Assembly: GCA_963803805.1 (NCBI GenBank)
Contig: CAWDOD010000011.1
Coordinates: 96,001-160,000, forward strand
Source of the DNA: an uncultured cyanobacterium
GTDB taxonomy: Bacteria; Cyanobacteriota; Cyanobacteriia; Cyanobacteriales; CAWCAG01
Reading direction: 5' to 3'
Length of the DNA: 64,000 bases
This document shows positions 19,851 through 30,885 of the stretch, piece by piece. The notes under the pieces are model-generated. The model did no database searches. It worked only from the letters and a program-made list of their open reading frames with translations, and was not told the origin of the DNA. The translations under genes and the position numbers were made by a program. The first letter of the stretch is position 1, and the number at the start of each line of letters is the position of its first letter.

Positions 19851-20058
19851 TTTTCAATTCTCCCAAGTCTTGGAATTTGTCAGAACTTACGCACCAATTA
19901 AAATCTGTAAGGCAAGCATTGCCCAGCTTACAATATATTGGTTACACCATTAGCATATTAGCAATGACGAGAATTAAATGAAGAAGCTATTTGTCATTCC
20001 CCTGCTATTTTTAATAGCTTGCTTGTGTGCTGGTTTATAAGGAAGGAAAACTAATTAC

Positions 20059-21480
20059 TTACCTGACAACAGAATGAATCTTCAAAAAATTCGTTCCCTT
20101 CGCTTTTTGTACCGGAGAACCACCTAAAATCAGTAAAGTATCCCCCGATGCAGCTAATTTACGTTGCACTAAAAGCCCTTCAGCCAACTGAATAAAATCT
20201 TCAATCACATCCACCTGTTCCTCAACTAACAAAGGTTTCACTCCCCAAAATAGGTTCAAGCGGTGATAAATATTTTGATGGGGAGTAAAAGCAACCACCA
20301 AACTATTAGGACGTTCTGCTGCTGCTAGTCTGGCAGTATAACCTGTGGTAGTAAAAGCGGCGATGCAACGTAAATCAAGAACTTGATCAATGGTATTCAA
20401 AGCTTCGCTTAAAGCATGGGTAGTATCATTTTCTGCCGGGGGATGATTGGTGAATTGCGTATTTCTTTCTACTTCTTTAGCAATGCGTACCATCATTTTC
20501 ACTGCTTTAACGGGGTATTTCCCCACCGCAGATTCACCAGAAAGCATCACTGCATCAGTGCCATCAATAATAGCATTCGCAACATCATTAGCTTCAGCAC
20601 GGGTAGGATTAGGATTGTGCATCATACTCTCTAGCATTTGCGTAGCAGTAATCACAGGAATACCTTTTTGGTTGCACATCTTAATCATTTGCTTTTGCAA
20701 CATTGGCACTTTTTCCGGTTTCATTTCCACCCCCAAGTCTCCCCTTGCCACCATTAAGCCGTCGCACTCCTCAACAATGCTAGCTAAATTGTTAATAGCT
20801 TGAGGTTTTTCAATTTTGGCGATGACAGGTATATCTACACCCTTAACAGCGAGAATTTTTTTCAAAATCTGAATATCTTCTGCCTTACGAACAAAACTCA
20901 AAGAAATCCAATCTACCCCTTGGGATAAACCAAATTCTAAATCTTGTTTATCTTTATCTGTTAAGGAAGGCAAGCGTAGATTTAAACTTGGTAAGTTAAC
21001 TCCTTTACGACTTTTAAGAGTACCTCCTTCAATTACCCGGCATTGCACGGCTTCCCCAATGATTTTTTCTATTTTTAACTCTAAAAGTCCATCATCTAAA
21101 AGAATCTGCGCCCCAACTTCCGCTTCTTCTGCTAAAAAAGGATAATCAATAGCAACAGTATTTTCTTGATCTATAAAGTTAGAAAGAGGAACTAAAGTAA
21201 CTAAATTTTCTTCCTCCAACTCTATTTCCCCGGCTGGCAAATTGCCAACCCGAATTTTTGGTCCTTGTAAATCTTGAAGAATAGTGACCACAGTATCAAG
21301 TTCTGCTGATACTGAACGTAACAAAGAAATAGTTTTAGCATGGTTTTCATAGCTACCATGGGAGAAATTCAAACGAGCTACACTCATACCAGCTTCGATT
21401 AACTGTTTAATAACTTGTCTAGAGTTGCTAGCAGGGCCAATGGTAGCAACGATTTTGGTACGGTGAGTTAAAGGTTTCAT
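20059..21480 (-). CDS. pyk: Pyruvate kinase
   Basis: [34 protein letters not shown] and MLSGESA; ATG 21480. Confidence 0.95.
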   Translation of the reverse strand: MKPLTHRTKIVATIGPASNSRQVIKQLIEAGMSVARLNFSHGSYENHAKTISLLRSVSAELDTVVTILQDLQGPKIRVGNLPAGEIELEEENLVTLVPLSNFIDQENTVAIDYPFLAEEAEVGAQILLDDGLLELKIEKIIGEAVQCRVIEGGTLKSRKGVNLPSLNLRLPSLTDKDKQDLEFGLSQGVDWISLSFVRKAEDIQILKKILAVKGVDIPVIAKIEKPQAINNLASIVEECDGLMVARGDLGVEMKPEKVPMLQKQMIKMCNQKGIPVITATQMLESMMHNPNPTRAEANDVANAIIDGTDAVMLSGESAVGKYPVKAVKMMVRIAKEVERNTQFTNHPPAENDTTHALSEALNTIDQVLDLRCIAAFTTTGYTARLAAAERPNSLVVAFTPHQNIYHRLNLFWGVKPLLVEEQVDVIEDFIQLAEGLLVQRKLAASGDTLLILGGSPVQKAKGTNFLKIHSVVR

Positions 21481-21701
21481 GGTTACTCTAAATAAATTTG
21501 CCATTACTAATCCCTTGGTCAGTTAAGCATTTAACTAAAATTAATATTGTATTGAGAAAAACCTTCGGCCAAGAGAATAACCTGATGGTGTTTGAAAAAG
21601 GAAGTAAATCCGTAGAAACCCTCTTTTCTACAGTGAAGAAAAATTGCTATAAAAGGTTTATATTCTATTTGTATAAAAAACTTTTTCTTAATAAAACTTT
21701 C

Positions 21702-22478
21702 ATGAAGATTATTAAACAAACTACTCAGCAATTAAAGATAAGTGATTCGATTTCCTCTCTATTATTTGACTTATTATGGGGGGCAGCATTCAGTAGCTTA
21801 CCCTTGGTGATGGGGTGGCTGACAATGAACAACTCTGGAGTAACTAACCTCAATTGTCAACGTGTCCAGTCAGCGCAAGTAAACTGCCACCTAACAAGTT
21901 CCAAATTAATGGGCTTAACCACCGCAGAAAATCGCGTTTTAAGCGGAGTAAAAGGGACAGTTCTAGAAGCAAAAGGTCGTGAAAACAAACAAGAAGAAAG
22001 TAAGTTTTTTTTAGTCGCAGACCAAGGTAAAGTTCCTGTAAAAATTGAACAGATTGATGCCAGCAAAGTTAATAGTTTAATCGCTAGTCATCAAAAAGGG
22101 CTTTTGAAAATAAAACATGACGATCGCCTTTTCTTAGTAGCCTTTTTCCCCTTAGCGGCAATTTTTGTGGCTATTAATTTACAGCATCTTCTGACTCTAA
22201 AAATTTATTCTTGTAATTTTGATTTTACTTCAAGGAAATTAATATTTCAGGGTCAAAACTTGATTAGTAAAGACTATCAAGAATATGCTCTAGAAGATAT
22301 ACTCAACATCACATTAACAAGAGAGATAGATTCTAGAGGAGACAACTTATATCAAGCAAAATTAATTTTAGCAACAGGGGATAGCTTACCTTTATCTTCT
22401 CCAAGTATTGACTCTATTAATGCTCAAGAAATTGTCGATCAAGTGAGCAACTTTCTCAAACCTTTAAGGGATATTTGA
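21702..22478 (+). CDS. Hypothetical two-TM membrane protein
   Basis: Two hydrophobic segments flank a Cys-pair loop; likely ATG 21702. Confidence 0.65.
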   Translation: MKIIKQTTQQLKISDSISSLLFDLLWGAAFSSLPLVMGWLTMNNSGVTNLNCQRVQSAQVNCHLTSSKLMGLTTAENRVLSGVKGTVLEAKGRENKQEESKFFLVADQGKVPVKIEQIDASKVNSLIASHQKGLLKIKHDDRLFLVAFFPLAAIFVAINLQHLLTLKIYSCNFDFTSRKLIFQGQNLISKDYQEYALEDILNITLTREIDSRGDNLYQAKLILATGDSLPLSSPSIDSINAQEIVDQVSNFLKPLRDI

Positions 22479-22523
22479 TAAATTTACCCTAGTATTAGTA
22501 GCTTGTAAAAAATCTGATTCAGA

Positions 22524-23693
22524 ATGAAAACAAAAGTAATCGGCTTAATAAGTGGTACTTCCGTAGATGGAATTGATGCTGCTTTAGTAGAAATCTCTGG
22601 CTTAGATTTAGACATTGAAGTTGAGTTATTAGCAGGAGAAACCTACCCCTATCCAACTAGCTTAAGGGAACAGATTCTCACAGTATGTGCTGGAAAAAAG
22701 CTGTCTGTAGAAGAGTTGGCAACCTTAGATGACGAAATTGCCACTCAATTTGCCCAAGCAGCCCAAAAGATTCAAGGTAAGGGCCAAACTGCTGACTTAA
22801 TTGGTTCCCACGGGCAAACAATCTTCCACCGCCCCCCCAACAGAGAACAAGCTACCCTTGGTTACAGCTTACAAATTGGTAGGGGAAGTGTAATTGCTAA
22901 TTTTACAGGCATCCCCACCGTTAGCAACTTCCGAGTAGCAGACATCGCTGCGGGGGGAGAAGGTGCGCCTCTTGTCTCTAAGGTAGATGCCTGTTTGTTA
23001 AGTCATCAAGCCCAGTATAGATGCGTTCAGAACTTGGGAGGCATTGGCAATGTAACCTACCTGCCAGCCCGTCAGGAACCTAACTGGCTTGAGCAAGTTT
23101 GTGGTTGGGATACAGGGCCAGGTAATGCTTTATTGGATCTAGCAGTACAAAGGTTGACTAAAGGCGCTCAAAGTTACGATGATGATGGTAGTTGGGCCGC
23201 TAGAGGGCAACCTTGTCAAGAGTTAGTTGACAATTGGTTACAAGCAGAGTTCTTTCGACAACCCCCTCCTAAATCTACAGGGAGAGAACTATTCAGCCCC
23301 ACTTACCTAGAAAAATGTTGGCAAGATGCCCAAGCTAAACAGTTAAGTGATGAAGATTGGTTAGCTACCTTAACCGAACTAACAGTCGCTTCTGTAGTTC
23401 ACAGCTATCAAAACTTTCTTCCTAAAATGCCAGAGGAGATCTTACTTTGTGGAGGAGGTTCTCGCAATAGCTATCTCAAGAATCGCCTAGCCAATCAATT
23501 AAAACCTGCTGCTGTCTCAACTACTGAAGAAGCAGGAATAAACACGGATTTCAAAGAAGCGATCGCCTTTGCTGTCTTGGCTTACTGGCGCTCTCAAAAC
23601 TCCTTTCCGGGTAATTTACCCAAGGTTACGGGGGCTAATCAACCGATGTTGTTGGGGGAAATCCATCTTCCTCTCTTCTCCCAAGTGTTATAA
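22524..23693 (+). CDS. anmK: Anhydro-N-acetylmuramic acid kinase
   Basis: [36 protein letters not shown] and KSTGRE motifs. Confidence 0.95.
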   Translation: MKTKVIGLISGTSVDGIDAALVEISGLDLDIEVELLAGETYPYPTSLREQILTVCAGKKLSVEELATLDDEIATQFAQAAQKIQGKGQTADLIGSHGQTIFHRPPNREQATLGYSLQIGRGSVIANFTGIPTVSNFRVADIAAGGEGAPLVSKVDACLLSHQAQYRCVQNLGGIGNVTYLPARQEPNWLEQVCGWDTGPGNALLDLAVQRLTKGAQSYDDDGSWAARGQPCQELVDNWLQAEFFRQPPPKSTGRELFSPTYLEKCWQDAQAKQLSDEDWLATLTELTVASVVHSYQNFLPKMPEEILLCGGGSRNSYLKNRLANQLKPAAVSTTEEAGINTDFKEAIAFAVLAYWRSQNSFPGNLPKVTGANQPMLLGEIHLPLFSQVL

Positions 23694-23838
23694 GCTCACA
23701 AAGAGTAATCTATCCCTGAAGAAAGTGTAGTTATACTTGAACATACTAGAACTTTTTTTCTCTCCCTTATTGACCAGGGATGGTTAAACTGGTTTTTAGA
23801 AACGGTAGTACAAAGATCGTCAATAATGGATACAAGCT

Positions 23839-24282
23839 GTGGGTCACACCTTTTTAATGGAGCCAGGACGATGGACACTCCAGGGAAATTGGCTGGAGAC
23901 TGAAGGAATGCCAATTATGGTCAAAGGTAGAACAATAGTTGCTTGGGGTCAGGATAACTGGTTCACCATGGTAACAAAATTAGTTTTTCCTGATACTGAT
24001 CGCTCTGGCATCTCTTTTCAATATCGAGGACGTTTGGATCGAGGAGCAAGACAATATACCTATGTGCTGCAACAAAGTCTTTTAGGTCGTATTGAAGGGG
24101 AAGGTTGGATTTGTCCTGAATCTGTGGTACAGCGTTATTGGGTATTAAATGACAATAAGAGGCGTAGTGGCTTTGAGACTTTTTATCGACTTAATAACAA
24201 TAGCTATCATCTCACCAGTAGTATTTTAGTAGGTCACAGTCTAAGTAGCACCATGGAAGCTACCCTAGAAAGACAGACCTAA
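23839..24282 (+). CDS. Hypothetical beta-rich protein upstream of a kinase
   Basis: 147-aa ORF with a GTG start, co-oriented with its neighbours. Confidence 0.7.
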   Translation: MGHTFLMEPGRWTLQGNWLETEGMPIMVKGRTIVAWGQDNWFTMVTKLVFPDTDRSGISFQYRGRLDRGARQYTYVLQQSLLGRIEGEGWICPESVVQRYWVLNDNKRRSGFETFYRLNNNSYHLTSSILVGHSLSSTMEATLERQT

Positions 24283-24355
24283 AAAGTTCTCAGGTTTCAC
24301 TCGCAACTTCATTCTTACCTCTTGTCCCTGTGACATTGCGATCGGAGTTTAATTT

Positions 24356-25852
24356 ATGACTAAAGACCCCAATCAAGGTCGCCGACTATCTAACCGCTAT
24401 CAACTCATTGAGATGGTAGGTAAAGGGGCTATGGGTCGAGTTTACCTGGCAGAGGACAATTTGCTTGGTGGTGTGACTGTTGCGGTTAAATTTCTCTCCC
24501 ACGCTTTGTTGAACAAGAAAATGAAAGAACGCTTCTTAAGAGAAGCAAAAATCTCTGCTTTGTTGGCAGAAAAAACTATTCATATTGTTCGTGTGCGGGA
24601 TTATGGGGTTGATGAAGACGAAATTCCTTTCTATGTTATGGAATTTTTGCAAGGAGACAGTTTAAGCGAACTAATCAAGGCTCAACCCTTCACCCTGCCA
24701 AGGTTTTTAAAATTAGCACGACAAATGTGTTTAGGTTTACAGCCTGCTCACCAAGGAATTCTTTTTGATAAAGAACAAGTAACAATCATTCATAGAGATA
24801 TTAAACCTAGCAACGTTTTAGTGATTCAAGATAGTACTTTAGGAGAACTAGTCAAGATTCTCGATTTTGGTATCGCTAAGCTAATCCAATCTGGTGGGGC
24901 CCAAACTCAATCCTTTATGGGTACTTTAGCTTATTGTTCCCCCGAACAAATGGAAGGCAAGGAACTAGATAATCGTTCTGATATCTATAGTTTGGGGGTA
25001 ATGATGTATGAAATGTTAACTGGGGATATGCCCATTATCCCAGAAACCCATAGCTTCGGTGGTTGGTACAAAGCCCATCACCGTAACCCCCCAAAACCTT
25101 TTAAAGCTGAGGTAAAAATCCCCCCTGTGTTGGGGGAATTGATCCTAAGTTGCTTAGCAAAAGACCCTAGAAAGCGTCCCCAAACCGTAGAAGATATTTT
25201 AAAAGCCCTAGAACCTTTAGAAAAACGCTTCAGCAACAATCTTAAACTCGGTCAGCGCATTGATGCTACCTTATCTGGGGTCAAAATCGAGACTCCCCTC
25301 TCACCAGAAGATATCTGTTTACGTACCACTTGGCCAGAAGATAAGCCCAACAAAAAAATAGTTTTTCCCCGTCTCATTCGCACAGAGTCTGAAGTGTTAG
25401 TGACTCTTTGGGTTATGTTGGAACAGCAGGATATTAATAATCGCCTCTTTAGTACTCGCTACAATCAATTTCTCTGTTTAATGGCTCCTCATCCCATGTT
25501 GCTATGGATTAGTGTTCTTTATAACCACAACTATGGCCCTCGTTGGTTGCGCTGCTACCTCGATCTTAAAACAGCTAACGGTCAGAAAATAGCTCGTTTA
25601 TTGGGTAAAGTAGGCTACTATCGCATCCTCTTTTTTGCTTTAGAAGACTACCAACGCTGTAAGAGTGTGATGAAATTCACCATTGACCCCAACCAATGCC
25701 AAAGGTTAATTGATTGGGCTAATGCCAGTCATACCGTAAGATCCGCAGCACAACCTAATATTAGTAGACAGGCTTTGCAAAAAGAGTTTGAGAGACTTAA
25801 ACCAAAGATACAGCTTAAGCTAGAATCTATTCAAACTAATCCTAATCTTTGA
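24356..25852 (+). CDS. Soluble Ser/Thr protein kinase (possibly SpkA-like)
   Basis: GKGAMG, VAVK, HRDIKPSN, DFG and CSPEQ; uncharacterised C-terminal domain; no TM. Confidence 0.88.
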   Translation: MTKDPNQGRRLSNRYQLIEMVGKGAMGRVYLAEDNLLGGVTVAVKFLSHALLNKKMKERFLREAKISALLAEKTIHIVRVRDYGVDEDEIPFYVMEFLQGDSLSELIKAQPFTLPRFLKLARQMCLGLQPAHQGILFDKEQVTIIHRDIKPSNVLVIQDSTLGELVKILDFGIAKLIQSGGAQTQSFMGTLAYCSPEQMEGKELDNRSDIYSLGVMMYEMLTGDMPIIPETHSFGGWYKAHHRNPPKPFKAEVKIPPVLGELILSCLAKDPRKRPQTVEDILKALEPLEKRFSNNLKLGQRIDATLSGVKIETPLSPEDICLRTTWPEDKPNKKIVFPRLIRTESEVLVTLWVMLEQQDINNRLFSTRYNQFLCLMAPHPMLLWISVLYNHNYGPRWLRCYLDLKTANGQKIARLLGKVGYYRILFFALEDYQRCKSVMKFTIDPNQCQRLIDWANASHTVRSAAQPNISRQALQKEFERLKPKIQLKLESIQTNPNL

Positions 25853-25930
25853 GGTAATGGCTAATTGCTAGTTGCTAGTTGCTAGTTGCTCAGTGATAAA
25901 TGTTTAATAATAAATGATAAATGAAATGGT

Positions 25931-28264
25931 ATGACTGTTGATAAAGTACGTAAAGTTCGTAAATATCGTACCAAAAGAATTGTTGGGGGGAAGCGTCGCG
26001 GAGTTCCCCCTTGGGCTGTAAAGTTCGGAGTTGCCATGACCCTATTAACAACCGTAGGTATTATGGTTGGGGGGGCTTGGTTAAGTTTGATGCTGATTAT
26101 TAATCCTGATTCTGTAGTTTGGCTAAATCGCTACTTACCAGAATGGACGCGCATTCCTTTAGATGTTTCTAACCCTCCTCAAACCTTGGCAGAAATTAAG
26201 CTAGAAGCTAGGGAAGCACAATTACGCTTGGGAGAGGCTTTTAAGTTGGATTCAGAAGTACTTTTTCCTTTATGGCGTAAGCAAGTTAATTGCCAAACCA
26301 ACTGTGAGAAAATTGTTGAATTGAGGGTTTATCAACCTGTCGAGGGAACGAAGAAAGAAGCACAAAAATATCGCTTAGTGAGGGCATTAGATGTACCGAA
26401 AGTAGAAGAAATTGCGGCGATCGCACCTTTGAGAGAATTAGAAAAAGAAGGTTTTGCTACCACTCGTTCCTTACCTTTTCGCCAGCTTAGTGAGTTACCG
26501 GATTCTCCTCCTTCGGGGGTTTGGCTTAACCTAAGCGGAGAATTTGTCCGCACGGATACTAAGCTGCTTTATGGTTATATTTTCCACTATAACCCCAACT
26601 CCATGCACCTTAGCCCCCTGATGGAATGGTCAACTACTACAGGCAAAATTCCCCAATGGCAAGAAGTGACAGGGGGAAATGAAAGTACCCAGGAATTATT
26701 AATCAATCAAAGCGTTGGCTTAGAACCAAAATTTAAGGTCTTTCACCTTAAACCTCGTAACTTTGCCCCTGATCCCATTAGTTTAGAAGAAATTTCTTTG
26801 CGGGAACCGGCTATTGATAAGCCAGCATTGAAAAAAGAATATCAGCAGGTTTTTGCCTTAAGTAGCGATGGTTTATGGTCACCTGCTTTAAAAAGGTTCC
26901 AAACTTTAAAAGATAAAGCCACCCCAGAAGAATGGAATCCCCAAGCCCAAGAACAATTAGATGTGATTGCTTTACACGCCAAAATCACTAAAGAACAGTG
27001 CGAAAAACCTTGGGCTAGTCCTAGCCAACAAATTTTAGCTTGCTTAATTGATGGCCGTTTAAAAGATTCTTTGGATTTGTTTCAAGTTTCCCTGAATGAA
27101 ACCACTGCCCCAGAAATTACTACTCTCCTCAAAACTGATTCAGGAAGACTCTGGAAGCGGGTACAAGCGGCCTTAGAGGTTAATCCTCAAGATTTTGAAG
27201 CGAAGGCTTGGGGGGCGCTAATTTTGGCTAGTCAACAGGATAGAAAACGGGCGATTTCTTGGCTAGAAGAGTTACCCCAAAATCAGCCAGAAACCTTAGC
27301 AAAAATTAAAATTATCCTTGACCAATTAGATAATGTTGCTATCTCCGTCAAGAATACCCCTATGGTTAGCTTAACAGCTAGCAGAATTATTGGTTTGGCT
27401 CAAAGGGTAGAAAGTATTGACTCTCAAGCCTGGCTACCCTATCCTGATCCAGTACTTCTGCCTTTAGAAGGACAGCAGGTTTGGTATCAAATTCAAGTTT
27501 CTACCTTTAACAATGGCAGTGGTTGGCAAAAACCACCTTTTTCCAACCTGCAACCGCCCCAAGGTAACTCAGGAAGGGAGTTGGCCAAGCAATTGGGTTT
27601 GGAGATAGATTCTAGTATTGAGATTGCTGCTTGGACTCAAGGAGGTCAAAGACAGTCTATCTTAGGAGCAGTTAAAGCAGTGCAGTTTAATGGAGGAGTG
27701 CTTAAGTTGCTGGCGGTGGGAGACAATCTTGCTAACCTCAATCCAGGAACCATCAGTCCTAACCGTCGTCCCTTTGCCCATAGCGTTTCTGCTTTAAACT
27801 GGTTAGAACCTGGTTCTGTTAGTCTAGCGGATCTTCATCAAATGCAACCAGAGTGGGTAGCTAAGTTGCTTCCTGCTATTTGGCGAGATTTGCAAGCTAG
27901 TGGTAAAGTTGCCTCTGGAGAAGCCCCCAAGGTGGCAGAATTGTTATCTCAAATTGGCCACTGGTCTATTCGCCCCGTAGATTTAACTGGAAATGACCAG
28001 CCAGAAGCAATTTTAACTTTATACGAAGAAGCTTCAGGAAATCTCAATAATTTAGCAACCTCTCCTGATGCCGCGAAAAAGCCCCGTACCATGATTATTT
28101 CCGATGGGGGGAGGGTTATTTATAGCGAGTTCACCAAAAATCAAGGTAATTCTTGGCTGGCGATCGCCGATTTAGGAGAAAAAGGCAGTTCCGGGTTAGT
28201 TGTTGATAATGGTAAAGATTATTTTCTTAAACGTTGGTCTGCAAATACTCAGGGGTTTGAGTAG
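25931..28264 (+). CDS. Large membrane-anchored hypothetical protein
   Basis: Basic N-terminus, one TM, helical middle part, and a DLTGNDQPE Ca-loop-like motif near the C-terminus. Confidence 0.75.
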   Translation: MTVDKVRKVRKYRTKRIVGGKRRGVPPWAVKFGVAMTLLTTVGIMVGGAWLSLMLIINPDSVVWLNRYLPEWTRIPLDVSNPPQTLAEIKLEAREAQLRLGEAFKLDSEVLFPLWRKQVNCQTNCEKIVELRVYQPVEGTKKEAQKYRLVRALDVPKVEEIAAIAPLRELEKEGFATTRSLPFRQLSELPDSPPSGVWLNLSGEFVRTDTKLLYGYIFHYNPNSMHLSPLMEWSTTTGKIPQWQEVTGGNESTQELLINQSVGLEPKFKVFHLKPRNFAPDPISLEEISLREPAIDKPALKKEYQQVFALSSDGLWSPALKRFQTLKDKATPEEWNPQAQEQLDVIALHAKITKEQCEKPWASPSQQILACLIDGRLKDSLDLFQVSLNETTAPEITTLLKTDSGRLWKRVQAALEVNPQDFEAKAWGALILASQQDRKRAISWLEELPQNQPETLAKIKIILDQLDNVAISVKNTPMVSLTASRIIGLAQRVESIDSQAWLPYPDPVLLPLEGQQVWYQIQVSTFNNGSGWQKPPFSNLQPPQGNSGRELAKQLGLEIDSSIEIAAWTQGGQRQSILGAVKAVQFNGGVLKLLAVGDNLANLNPGTISPNRRPFAHSVSALNWLEPGSVSLADLHQMQPEWVAKLLPAIWRDLQASGKVASGEAPKVAELLSQIGHWSIRPVDLTGNDQPEAILTLYEEASGNLNNLATSPDAAKKPRTMIISDGGRVIYSEFTKNQGNSWLAIADLGEKGSSGLVVDNGKDYFLKRWSANTQGFE

Positions 28265-28302
28265 AATTAAGGCAAGGGAAAATATAACTCAGGGAAATAA
28301 TC

Positions 28303-28548
28303 TTGGCGATTAAACCACAAAATAAAAAGGTTATTGATTCTGATACAAAGTTTGCTTTATTGGTTTTTGGGATTCCTATTGCTGGTCTAATTTACTGTGG
28401 CTTAGGTATCACAGCGATGGTTTCTTTTCCTTTCCTGAGACAACACGCTCTAATTTCCGGCGGACTCTTTATTTTTACTCCCTTTAGTGTTGCTGCTTCG
28501 ATTTGGATTAGGGCTTCGGCGAAAGCTTATAGGAAGACGGGAAAGTAA
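28303..28548 (+). CDS. Small two-TM hypothetical protein
   Basis: 81 aa with two hydrophobic helices; TTG start. Confidence 0.6.
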   Translation: MAIKPQNKKVIDSDTKFALLVFGIPIAGLIYCGLGITAMVSFPFLRQHALISGGLFIFTPFSVAASIWIRASAKAYRKTGK

Positions 28549-28595
28549 TAAGTGATAAGTAATAAGTAATACCATTAGCTACTAGCAATTAGCCA

Positions 28596-29288
28596 CTAGC
28601 CTTGAACAACAAGATAACTAAGCCTATCAATTTTTCCTCCCACAGCTACCGCACCGAAATAATCTTTTCCTAATTGAATATCTTCCAAAAACCAACCAGG
28701 CATATTAATTAATTTTGCTGGTTCTTTTGGTAGCAAAGAAACTTCTACTTCCTCTAAACCTCCTCCTAAACCTTCTCCTGTTGCTTTTAAATAAGCTTCT
28801 TTGCGAGTCCAAGCACGAAAGAAAGCTTGCTTTTGTTCTTGCGGTGGTAAACTTTTGATAATATCTTGTTCCCTCGGTGAAAAGAAACGTTGGGCAATTT
28901 TTTCTACAGGTTTTGTTGCCTTAAATTCTTCAACATCAATGCCCACAGGAAGGTTTTTGGTTATGGCATAAAGAGCTAAATCCCCAGAATGGGAGAGGTT
29001 AAAATGCAGTTGTTCCCCTTTTAAATATGGTTTACCTCGCTCTCCATAACTGAATTGTAGTTGCTTTGGTTCAATGTCTAAATAAGCACCAAGGATTTTT
29101 CTCAACATTCCCCGACAAGCAGTAAAGCGGAAAGAATCTTTAGGGAAATGAAAGCGTTTTGCCTTTTGTTGTTCTTCTGGGCAAAGTAGTTGAGATAATT
29201 CTGGTATCTGATCTGAAAATTGATTTAGCCAAAAACGCCAAATGTGAAGATTGTTATCAGGTAAGACCAATTTACTAGCAAGCTGCAT
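28596..29288 (-). CDS. Sfp/HetI-type 4'-phosphopantetheinyl transferase
   Basis: GKP, FNLSHS, VGIDVE and WTRKEAYLKATGEG motifs; ATG 29288. Confidence 0.92.
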   Translation of the reverse strand: MQLASKLVLPDNNLHIWRFWLNQFSDQIPELSQLLCPEEQQKAKRFHFPKDSFRFTACRGMLRKILGAYLDIEPKQLQFSYGERGKPYLKGEQLHFNLSHSGDLALYAITKNLPVGIDVEEFKATKPVEKIAQRFFSPREQDIIKSLPPQEQKQAFFRAWTRKEAYLKATGEGLGGGLEEVEVSLLPKEPAKLINMPGWFLEDIQLGKDYFGAVAVGGKIDRLSYLVVQG

Positions 29289-29596
29289 TTTAAGGTTGTA
29301 TGGCAATTCTAGGGTGAGATTTGAACAAAGAGTTAAATGTTTTAGGGAAATTAGGGAATAGTCAACAGGGAAAAAATAACGCAATTACACCTCAAATTAG
29401 TTGGGATTTTCTGTTGATAGGCGATCGCAGATTAACAGACATGAGAAAAGTTCTCACTTCCTCTACTCCTTTTCCCTATAAATAACCTATGTTCCTAAAG
29501 TGAAGTTGGTATAATGTACACAAATTTCTGCTGTGATGCTAGCTAATTTAGCTCAAAAAGTTTGCTAAGCTGATAATTCTTTATGCCTGAGCGGTT

Positions 29597-30154
29597 ATGA
29601 CCCAGACTATCACCAAAACCCCAACCTTAGAAGAATTTTTACAACGAGAAGAAACTAAACCAGCTTCGGAGTTTATTAATGGTCAAATTATTCAAAAATC
29701 TATGCCACAAGGAGAACATAGTCGTTTGCAGTATAAAATTTGTACTGCTGTCAACAATATAACTGAACCCGCTAAAATCGCTTTGGCTTTTCCTGAGTTG
29801 CGTTGTACTTTGGGTAATCAATCTATTGTTCCCGATGCAACGGTATTTCGCTGGTCAAGAATTCCCCGTACTGCTTCTGGAAAAATTGCTAATCGTTTTG
29901 AGATTCATCCTGATTGGTCAATAGAAATTTTATCCCCAGGTCAAAATTTTTCTAAGGTGTTGGGTAAACTTTTGCACTGTTCTATTCAAGGTACAGAGTT
30001 GGGTTGGTTAGTTAACTCAACAGAAGAGAGTATTTTGGTTGTACATCCTCAACAAAGGGTGCAGTTGTTACAAGGAAATGAGGTTTTACCTGTATTGAAT
30101 GGGGTGGAGTTAGAGTTAAAGGTTGAGGACGTTTTTGCTTGGTTACAAATTTAG
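29597..30154 (+). CDS. Uma2-family (DUF820) endonuclease-like protein
   Basis: TLEEFL..ETKPASEFING, PELRC, VPD and PDWSIEILSP motifs. Confidence 0.88.
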   Translation: MTQTITKTPTLEEFLQREETKPASEFINGQIIQKSMPQGEHSRLQYKICTAVNNITEPAKIALAFPELRCTLGNQSIVPDATVFRWSRIPRTASGKIANRFEIHPDWSIEILSPGQNFSKVLGKLLHCSIQGTELGWLVNSTEESILVVHPQQRVQLLQGNEVLPVLNGVELELKVEDVFAWLQI

Positions 30155-30264
30155 TTCTAGAGAACTCCAATAAATAAAATAGCCTCACCAAGTATACTAT
30201 TTTAGTAACTAGCCATTAGCCATTCTGAAAACGCTTTTTAAAAGGCATTTTTAACTCTTTTAAG

Positions 30265-30393
30265 TTATTGATTAAAAACCGTCTGTCTTGGTTGGGGATA
30301 GTAGGGATTTTTAGAAACTCCTCCTTTGCTAGTATCTTCCTCTTCTTCGGTAATTTCTTCAGTAACAATCCAGATTGTTTCTGGTTCTGACAT
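30265..30393 (-). pseudogene. Truncated remnant resembling the N-terminus of a Pepco-domain protein
   Basis: Reads MSEPETIWIVTEEITEEEEDTSKGG...NQ*, followed by a degraded frame with further stops. Confidence 0.4.
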
Positions 30394-30495
30394 AGTATTT
30401 AACTAGGAATGTGGATATTTTTATTGTAAAGGGATGGAGGGAAGGGAGAAGATAAGCAAGTCTAAATTGAGTATCAAAAAAAAATTGCCAATACA

Positions 30496-30577
30496 GGACT
30501 TACGCAGCTACACCATATATAGATTCAAAGGTGCGTTACGCTAACACACCCTGCCAATAGAGGCTTTGCGTAAGTCC
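30496..30577. repeat. Short dispersed/MITE-like element with 11-bp terminal inverted repeats
   Basis: GGACTTACGCA ... TGCGTAAGTCC, with internal hairpin GGTGCGTTA-cgc-TAACACACC. Confidence 0.65.
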
Positions 30578-30885
30578 CACAATATTTTTTATATCAGCAT
30601 CAGCTTGAAATCTAACTTGAGCCATCATACTTTCTGCGAAGACTTTAACAGACATAGATTTAATATGAAATAGTTTAAATATCTTGTCGCTACAGTTCCA
30701 CATTAGTTAACTTAGGGGAGATTAGGGAAAAATAAATTTAGAACTTGTGAAAAATTAAGGGAGTTTATTTTTTTGATGAAGATTGAATAAAGTGCAGACA
30801 AGCTTTTCAAGCCTGTGACACAATTGTGGAGGATACCAAACCTCCCCAGCCAATCCACCGAAGTTTACCTTTAATTCTGGGAGTC

